Below are positions 57,570 to 64,000 of a stretch of 64,000 nucleotides of DNA, piece after piece. This DNA comes from Mercenaria mercenaria. Lineage: Eukaryota. Location of the stretch: positions 62,911,754-62,975,753 of the forward strand of contig NC_069372.1 of NCBI RefSeq assembly GCF_021730395.1, in the 5' to 3' direction. Position numbers and translations under genes: made by a program. Position 1 is the stretch's first letter, and every line of letters begins with the position of its first letter. The notes below the pieces were generated by a model, which saw only the letters and a list, made by a program, of their open reading frames with translations, ran no database searches and was not told the origin of the DNA.

Positions 57570-60500
57570 TTCTAAAGTATCGCTATCTGACTTGATATCC
57601 TCCATATACTCAGAGAGCCCATTGTATGTTTCGAATCAGTACTTACCAGTTCTAAAGTATCACTATCTGACTTGATATCTTCTTTATACTCAGAGAGCCC
57701 ACTGTATGTTTCGAATCAGTACTTACCAGTTCTAAAGTATCACTATCTGACTTGATATCTTCTTTATACTCAGAGAGCCCACTGTATGTTTCGAATCAGT
57801 ACTTACCAGTTCTAAAGTATCGCTATCTGACTTGGTATCCTCCATATACTCAGAGAGCCCACTGTATGTTTCGAATCAGTACTTACCAGTTCTAAAGTAT
57901 CACTATCTGACTTGGTATCTTCCTTATACTCAGAGAGCCCACTGTATGTTTCGAATCAGTACTTACCAGTTCTAAAGTATCACTATCTGACTTGATATCC
58001 TCCATATACTCAGAGAGCCCACTGTATGTTTCGAATCAGTACTTACCAGTTCTAAAGTATCACTATCTGACTTGGTATCCTCCATATACTCAGAGAGCCC
58101 ACTGTATGTTTCGAATCAGTACTTACCAGTTCTAAAGTATCACTATCTGACTTGGTATCTTCCTTATACTCAGAGAGCCCACTGTATGTTTCGAATCAGT
58201 ACTTACCAGTTCTAAAGTATCACTATCTGACTTGGTATCTTCCTTATACTCAGAGAGCCCACTGTATGTTTCCATCCAGTACTTACCAGTTCTAAAGTAT
58301 CACTATCTGACTTGATATCCTCCATATACTCAGAGAGCCCACTGTATGTTTCGAATCAGTACTTACCAGTTCTAAAGTATCACTATCTGACTTGGTATCC
58401 TCCATATACTCAGAGAGCCCACTGTATGTTTCGAATCAGTACTTACCAGTTCTAAAGTATCACTATCTGACTTGGTATCTTCCTTATACTCAGAGAGCCC
58501 ACTGTATGTTTCGAATCAGTACTTACCAGTTCTAAAGTATCACTATCTGACTTGGTATCCTCCATATACTCAGAGAGCCCACTGTATGTTTCGAATCAGT
58601 ACTTACCAGTTCTAAAGTATCACTATCTGACTTGGTATCTTCCTTATACTCAGAGAGCCCACTGTATGTTTCGAATCAGTACTTACCAGTTCTAAAGTAT
58701 CACTATCTGACTTGGTATCTTCCTTATACTCAGACAGCCCACTGTATGTTTCCATCCAGTACTTACCACCAGTTCTAAAGTATCACTATCTGACTTGGTA
58801 TCTTCCTTATACTCAGAGAGCCCACTGTATGTTTCCATCCAGTACTTACCACCAGTTCTAAAGTATCACTATCTGACTTGATATCCTCCTGTATTCTCTG
58901 AGAGTCCAGTATATGTTTCCATCCAGTACTTACCACCAGTTCTAAAGTATCACTATCTGACTTGGTATCTTCCTTATACTCAGAGAGCCCACTGTATGTT
59001 TCCATCCAGTACTTACCACCAGTTCTAAAGTATCGCTATCTGACTTGATATCCTCCTGTATTCTCTGAGAGTCCAGTATATGTTTCCATCCAGTACTTAC
59101 CACCAGTTCTAAAGTATCACTATCTGACTTGATATCCTCCTGTATTCTCTGAGAGTCCAGTATATGTCTCCAACCAGTACAAACTAGTTCTAAAGTATCG
59201 CTATCTGACTTGATATCCTCCTGTATTCTCTGAGAGTCCAGTATATGTTTCCATCCAGTACTTACCACCAGTTCTAAAGTATCACTATCTGACTTGATAT
59301 CCTCCTGTATTCTCTGAGAGTCCAGTATATGTTTCCATCCAGTACTTACCACCAGTTCTAAAGTATCACTATCTGACTTGATATCCTCCTGTATTCTCTG
59401 AGAGTCCAGTATATGTTTCCATCCAGTACTTACCACCAGTTCTAAAGTATCGCTATCTGACTTGATATCCTCCTGTATTCTCTGAGAGTCCAGTATATGT
59501 TTCCATCCAGTACTTACCACCAGTTCTAAAGTATCGCTATCTGACTTGATATCCTCCTGTATTCTCTGAGAGTCCAGTATATGTTTCCATCCAGTACTTA
59601 CCACCAGTTCTAAAGTATCACTATCTGACTTGATATCCTCCATATTCCCTGAAAGTCCAGTATATGTTTCCATCCAGTACTTACCACCAGTTCTAAAGTA
59701 TCACTATCTGACTTGATATCCTCCTGTATTCTCTGAGAGTCCAGTATATGTCTCCAACCAGTACAAACTAGTTCTAAAGTATCGCTATCTGACTTGATAT
59801 CCTCCTGTATTCTCTGAGAGTCCAGTATATGTTTCCATCCAGTACTTACCACCAGTTCTAAAGTATCACTATCTGACTTGATATCCTCCATATTCCCTGA
59901 AAGTCCAGTATATGTTTCCATCCAGTACTTACCACCAGTTCTAAAGTATCACTATCTGACTTGATATCCTCCTGTATTCTCTGAGAGTCCAGTATATGTC
60001 TCCAACCAGTACAAACTAGTTCTAAAGTATCGCTATCTGACTTGATATCCTCCATATTCCCTGAAAGTCCAGTATATGTTTCTATCCAGTACTTACCACC
60101 AGTTCTAAAGTATCACTATCTGACTTGATATCCCCCTGTATTCTCTGAGAGTCCAGTATATGTCTCCAACCAGTACAAACTAGTTCTAAAGTATCGCTAT
60201 CTGACTTGATATCCTCCATATTCCCTGAAAGTCCAGTATATGTTTCCATCCAGTACTTACCACCAGTTCTAAAGTATCACTATCTGACTTGATATCCCCC
60301 GTATTCTCTGAGAGTCCAGTATATGTCTCCAACCAGTACAAACTAGTTCTACAGTATCGCTATCTGACTTGATATCCTCCATATTCCCTGAAAATCCAGT
60401 ATATGTTTCCATCCAGTACTTACCACCAATTCTAAAGTATCACTGCCTGACTTGATATCGTCCATATTCTCTGAGAGCCTAGTGTACGTTTACGACCAGT

Positions 60501-61130
60501 ACTTATCAGTTCTAAAGTATCACTGTCTGACTTGATATCTTCAATAAATTCTGAGAGCCCATAGTATGTTTCCGACTAGTACTCACCAATTCTAAAGTAG
60601 CACTGTCTCACTTGATATCTTCAATAAACTCTGAGAGCCCATATGTTTCCAGCCAGTACTTACCAATTCTGAAGTTTCACTGCCTGATTTGATATCTTCC
60701 ATATACTCATTCAGCCCAGTATATGTTTCCGACAGGTACTTACCAGTTCTGAAGTATCACTATCTGGCTTGATATCCTCCATTTACTATTAGAGTCAAGT
60801 GTATGTTTCCAACCCGTACTTACCAATGCTTAAGTATCACTGCCTGTCTTGATATTCTCAATTTACTGTGAGAGCCCAGTATATGATTCCAGCTGGTACT
60901 TACCAGTCCTAAAGTATCACTGCCTGTCTTGATATCCTCCATATTCTCTGAAAGTCCAGTATATGTTTCCAACCAGTACTTACCACCAATTCTAAAGTAT
61001 CACTGCCTGGCTTGATATCCTCCATATTCTCTGAGAGCCCTGTGTATGTTTCTGACTAGTACTTACCAATTCTAAAGTATCACTGTCTGACTTGATATCT
61101 TCAATAAACTCTGAGAGTCCAGTGTATGCT
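57570..61130 (-). repeat. 84-bp satellite, about 42 units in at least two subtypes (57570-58730 and 58740-60400, the latter with a 3-unit higher-order pattern), decaying toward 61130. Minus-strand unit: GAGGATATCAAGTCAGATAGTGATACTTTAGAACTG|GTAAGTACTGGATGGAAACATATACTGGACTCTCAGAGAATACAG
   Basis: Track ORFs on the minus strand repeat EDIKSDSDTLELVVSTGWKHILDSQRIQ every 28 aa. The unit is colinear with the end of exon D (EDIKSDSDTLEL) plus its intron start gtaagtactagtcagaaacatacacagggctctcagagaatatggag. Confidence 0.85.
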
Positions 61131-61207
61131 TCCTCTGCTTGGACCATGGAGTAACTTTCTTGTATCTCCCCCTTCCGTAAAATTTCCCTCACTAAAGCTT
61201 TTGGATC
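61067..61207 (-). CDS. Exon D: DPKALVREILRKGEIQESYSMVQAEEAYTGLSEFIEDIKSDSDTLEL (141 nt). Its last 36 nt plus the first ~48 nt of the following intron are the founder of the adjacent 84-bp satellite.
   Basis: Acceptor tgtttcattttag|GATCCAAAAGC and donor TTAGAATTG|gtaagtactag; it overlaps track ORF 60992-61192. Confidence 0.6.
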
Positions 61208-61666
61208 CTAAAATGAAACAAGAGCTTACAGGTATTAATGACTTCATCCCAAATCCTGTAACAACATTCTCTTACAGGTATGATCTTTAAAGTCACACAA
61301 AATCTGTTTTAACAAATTTCAAATAAGAAAATAATTTATAGCTCTGCAAAAAGACATTGCTGAGATTTCACTAATTCTTACTGAACTTTCTCTTGGATTG
61401 TAACATTTCACATTAATGGTATAATACATTAAGTGACATATTAAAATAACGACTTACTGCAAGAAGTTGCTAAGGTAATGTCAAGGTAATATGAAACTAA
61501 GTAGATCTGTTTTCTAGGGGAAAAAAATTCTTTTCTGAAGTTTCATTTTTTTCATTTCTGTCCAAAAATATAGGCTCTAAGTTAACCTTCACAAAATCTG
61601 TAAACCCAACAAATATTTATAACAGACTGGTTAACAAAACTTTTCTCAAATGTCTGGTTTACATAC

Positions 61667-61777
61667 CTCGTCTTTATCCTCAACACCAGGTTCCCAGTCT
61701 ATATATGGTAGAATGTCAACAGTTTCTTTCTTAATAAGATCATCTATAGAGGGAATGATTGAAACATCACATACATC
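61667..61777 (-). CDS. Exon C: DVCDVSIIPSIDDLIKKETVDILPYIDWEPGVEDKDE (111 nt, phase 0-0)
   Basis: Acceptor gttattttcag|GATGTATGTG and donor GACGAG|gtatgtaaac. Confidence 0.55.
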
Positions 61778-61989
61778 CTGAAAATAACATACCAGTATTG
61801 TTAAATCAAATATTTACAATTACAGCTGGTACATAATACATATACTCCTAATTACATAATGAATAAGTACATAACCAATACAATATGAAGCAATAAGCCT
61901 GTATACCAAGTAACACATTGGAATCATGACAAATATACTGAAAGTATGGAAGTAATGGTTGTAACAAGATGGTCCAGCAATTTTTTCAA

Positions 61990-62600
61990 AGTTTCCAGTA
62001 TATACATATGGTATATGGAAAAGTGACCACACCCTCTGGCAGCCATATTTTTGACAAACCAGAATAATTTGGAAAATATTAGTAGAGGCTCACACAACGA
62101 CCATTTGTGTGAAATTATTTCAAAATGCAGCCAGCAGCTCTTTACCTGGAGATTTTTTAAGTTTCCACCATACAGATGTAAGGAACAGTGACCATGCCCC
62201 CAGGCAGCCATGTTCATTGGTGAATCAGAATAAGCTGAACAGTCTTCACAAAGGGTCACCAAAGGAACATTTGAGTGAAATTATTTCAAAATTGGGCCTG
62301 TTGTTTCTGACAAAAAGATTTCTAAAGATTCTAATATATAAATATAGGGCAAAAATTACCACGCCCACTGGCAGAAATCCTTTTTTGACAAATCTGAATA
62401 ATTTGAATAATCTTGGTAGAGGCTCACACAAAGACCATTTGTGTGAAATTGTTTTAAAATCTGGCCAGCAGTTCATGCAAGAAGATTTTCACTATATAGT
62501 GACTTCACCTGGTGGCCATGTTTTTTGACCAATTGGAATAATTTGAACAATCTTGATTGAAGGTTATATAAGAATCATTTGTGAGAAGTTACCTCAAAAT
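61990..62600. repeat. ~165 bp tandem repeat (about 4 units) related to the Helentron-borne satellites (..aataatttgaataatcttggtagaggctcacacaaagaccatttgtgtgaaatt..)
   Basis: Read directly; it lies in the intron between exons C and B. Confidence 0.6.
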
Positions 62601-62922
62601 CAGGTTAGCGTTTTAGATGTCATTTGAAGATTTTTATATTTTCAGCTCTGGTGTCCCCTACGTGTAACCAAGCGGAATAGGGACAGGCAAATCATTTGGC
62701 TAGCAGAGATTACACTATGCCAGGTCTGCCCATCTGGATATGAATACAAACATCTCTTATTTCTGCTGACATACAGTAACTTTTTTTCTTCCATATCATG
62801 ACAGACTTGGTCATAAATGATAGCCTTACAGACAGAAAACAAAATGAAGAAAGATCTAAACTTTTGAGAGAAGTCTGATGCAAACTGTTATTTTACTACA
62901 GCCTGAATTAATAAACATAAAC

Positions 62923-63024
62923 CTGTTGTCTGTCCTCTATGGCCACAAAGCTGGTGTATGATGTCACAATGCTGTATTTCTTGCTCAGGTCAATAATGTA
63001 CTGTTTCTTCTCATTCTTTAAAAC
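62923..63024 (-). CDS. Exon B: VLKNEKKQYIIDLSKKYSIVTSYTSFVAIEDRQQ (102 nt, phase 0-0)
   Basis: Acceptor ttattattttgtag|GTTTTAAAG and donor ACAACAG|gtttatgt (weak). The plus-strand track ORF 62939-63157 is antisense to it. Confidence 0.45.
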
Positions 63025-63696
63025 CTACAAAATAATAAAACAGTATCTTAAAGTTATAGAAGGCAAAAAAAAGCTTAAACTACTTCACACCAAAACTTAT
63101 GTTAACTACATATGTTCCGATAGCACAGTGGTGCCCCCACTTACTGACACTTTATGATCATATTACTTGGTGACAACGAATGACTGAGTAATCTTTCATA
63201 TTACCTTTGGTTGGGAGTGTATGTTGGGAAGTTTGGTTGTCAGGGGAGGGAAACCAGGGTTGTCAATAAAATTTCATGGTTCGAAACAAAAAATGGAGGT
63301 TTTTGATTGTGTTTAGTTAACTTTTATTGCAATCTTCCATACAGCGAACCTTGAGAAAATACGAAACAGCTGTGGGTACTATGTCACCAGTAAGCCATAT
63401 AACTAGCACAATCTATTTCCAAATCAAACTTTGATATTCGATATAAATTTCAAAAGGGCACACATTGCCCTGCAATATCTGGACCGACATTTAAAAATAA
63501 TTCTTGAACCTTGTTTGTCATGTGTATGAAGTTCCATTAGAAAAACTCAGCTACCACCACAACTGTTTTTTTTTTCCAACAGACTATCAAACTGACCTTA
63601 ATATGGTTTCAATATAACCCCTAAACCTTAGTTGCAGTTTAATAACTAGCCAGATAGATCCACAAAGTATATCTAAAATACTGGCTGGACACTTAC

Positions 63697-63777
63697 CTGG
63701 TGTTTGACTCTGTCATCATCTAGAATACCATTCTCAAAATCTGTGATCACAGCCCTCGCTGTCAGCTGGTGTAGCAT
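63697..63777 (-). CDS. Exon A of a minus-strand gene: MLHQLTARAVITDFENGILDDDRVKHQ (81 nt, phase 0-0)
   Basis: Acceptor ttgttgttaacag|ATGCTACACC and donor CACCAG|gtaagtgtcc. Confidence 0.5.
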
Positions 63778-64000
63778 CTGTTAACAACAAGTGAATGCAA
63801 TAAATTTCAGTATTACATAACAGATTTCAATCTAAAATTCAATAATATCTCTGTTGCAGAGTTAGACTCTGAATATATTTCTCAACACACAGCATATCAG
63901 CTTAATGCAGTTTCAATAGTGTAGTTCTATCAAAAAAAAAAAAAATGTTGTAAGGTTATCAAATATTTATTTTGACCTAACATCAGACCAAGTTTGGGAA

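Noticed and set aside
58775-60055. Minus-strand ORFs of 65-243 aa inside the 84-bp satellite as a repeat-protein gene
   Set aside because: Once a 28-codon unit is stop-free, its openness propagates through every copy. The ORFs are broken by indels between subtypes and the units contain intron sequence of the founder gene.
62642-62842. ORF 62642-62842 (-) as an additional exon of the 61-64 kb gene
   Set aside because: I found no convincing acceptor/donor pair in phase with the flanking phase-0 exons; it is left unassigned.

Overview
This is eukaryotic (metazoan) genomic DNA, AT-rich and dominated by repeats, with spliced genes and no prokaryotic operon structure. The repeat content points to a bivalve mollusc: many copies of a non-autonomous Helitron/Helentron-like element ('pearl'/HINE-like) with conserved termini and a (GGAC/GACA)n microsatellite wrapped around internal 160-190 bp satellite arrays, two of them nested; tRNA-derived SINEs; palindromic MITEs; and an interstitial (TTAGGG)n. 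Because the provided ORF track reports ORFs that begin with GTG/TTG as well as ATG, several of its listed 'M' starts are not real starts.

Supported features:
1) A 5'-truncated, inactivated non-LTR retrotransposon (reverse transcriptase ORF2, 2101-4800) lying between two ~315 bp direct repeats.
2) A multi-exon minus-strand gene (at least five exons, 47048 down to 33084, probably continuing to 31643). The exon junctions are phase-compatible with no stops. It encodes an N-terminal calmodulin-like EF-hand region ([30 protein letters not shown]...), followed in one 3 kb exon by two histone H4 tail look-alikes ([18 protein letters not shown]), acidic stretches, SYNPxAP and YSPTSPH heptad arrays resembling the RNA polymerase II CTD, and a very large RS domain. 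As far as I know this architecture has not been described.
3) A single-exon divergent syntaxin (Qa-SNARE) at 53196-54110.
4) Two terminal exons of an unidentified gene at 22247-23027 on the minus strand.
5) Four small phase-0 exons of a minus-strand gene at 61067-63777. A 3.5 kb 84-bp satellite (57570-61130) was evidently born from this gene's exon-intron junction, and every unit carries a GTAAGT splice donor.
6) Other repeats: a ~155 bp satellite at 7200-7960; 61-bp, 58-bp and 28-bp minisatellites; a ~95 bp-arm perfect hairpin; a G30 tract; and dense clusters of the palindromic octamer TTCATGAA.

All coordinates come from reading the sequence by eye. Exon boundaries are supported by AG/GT signals and phase continuity, not by transcript data.
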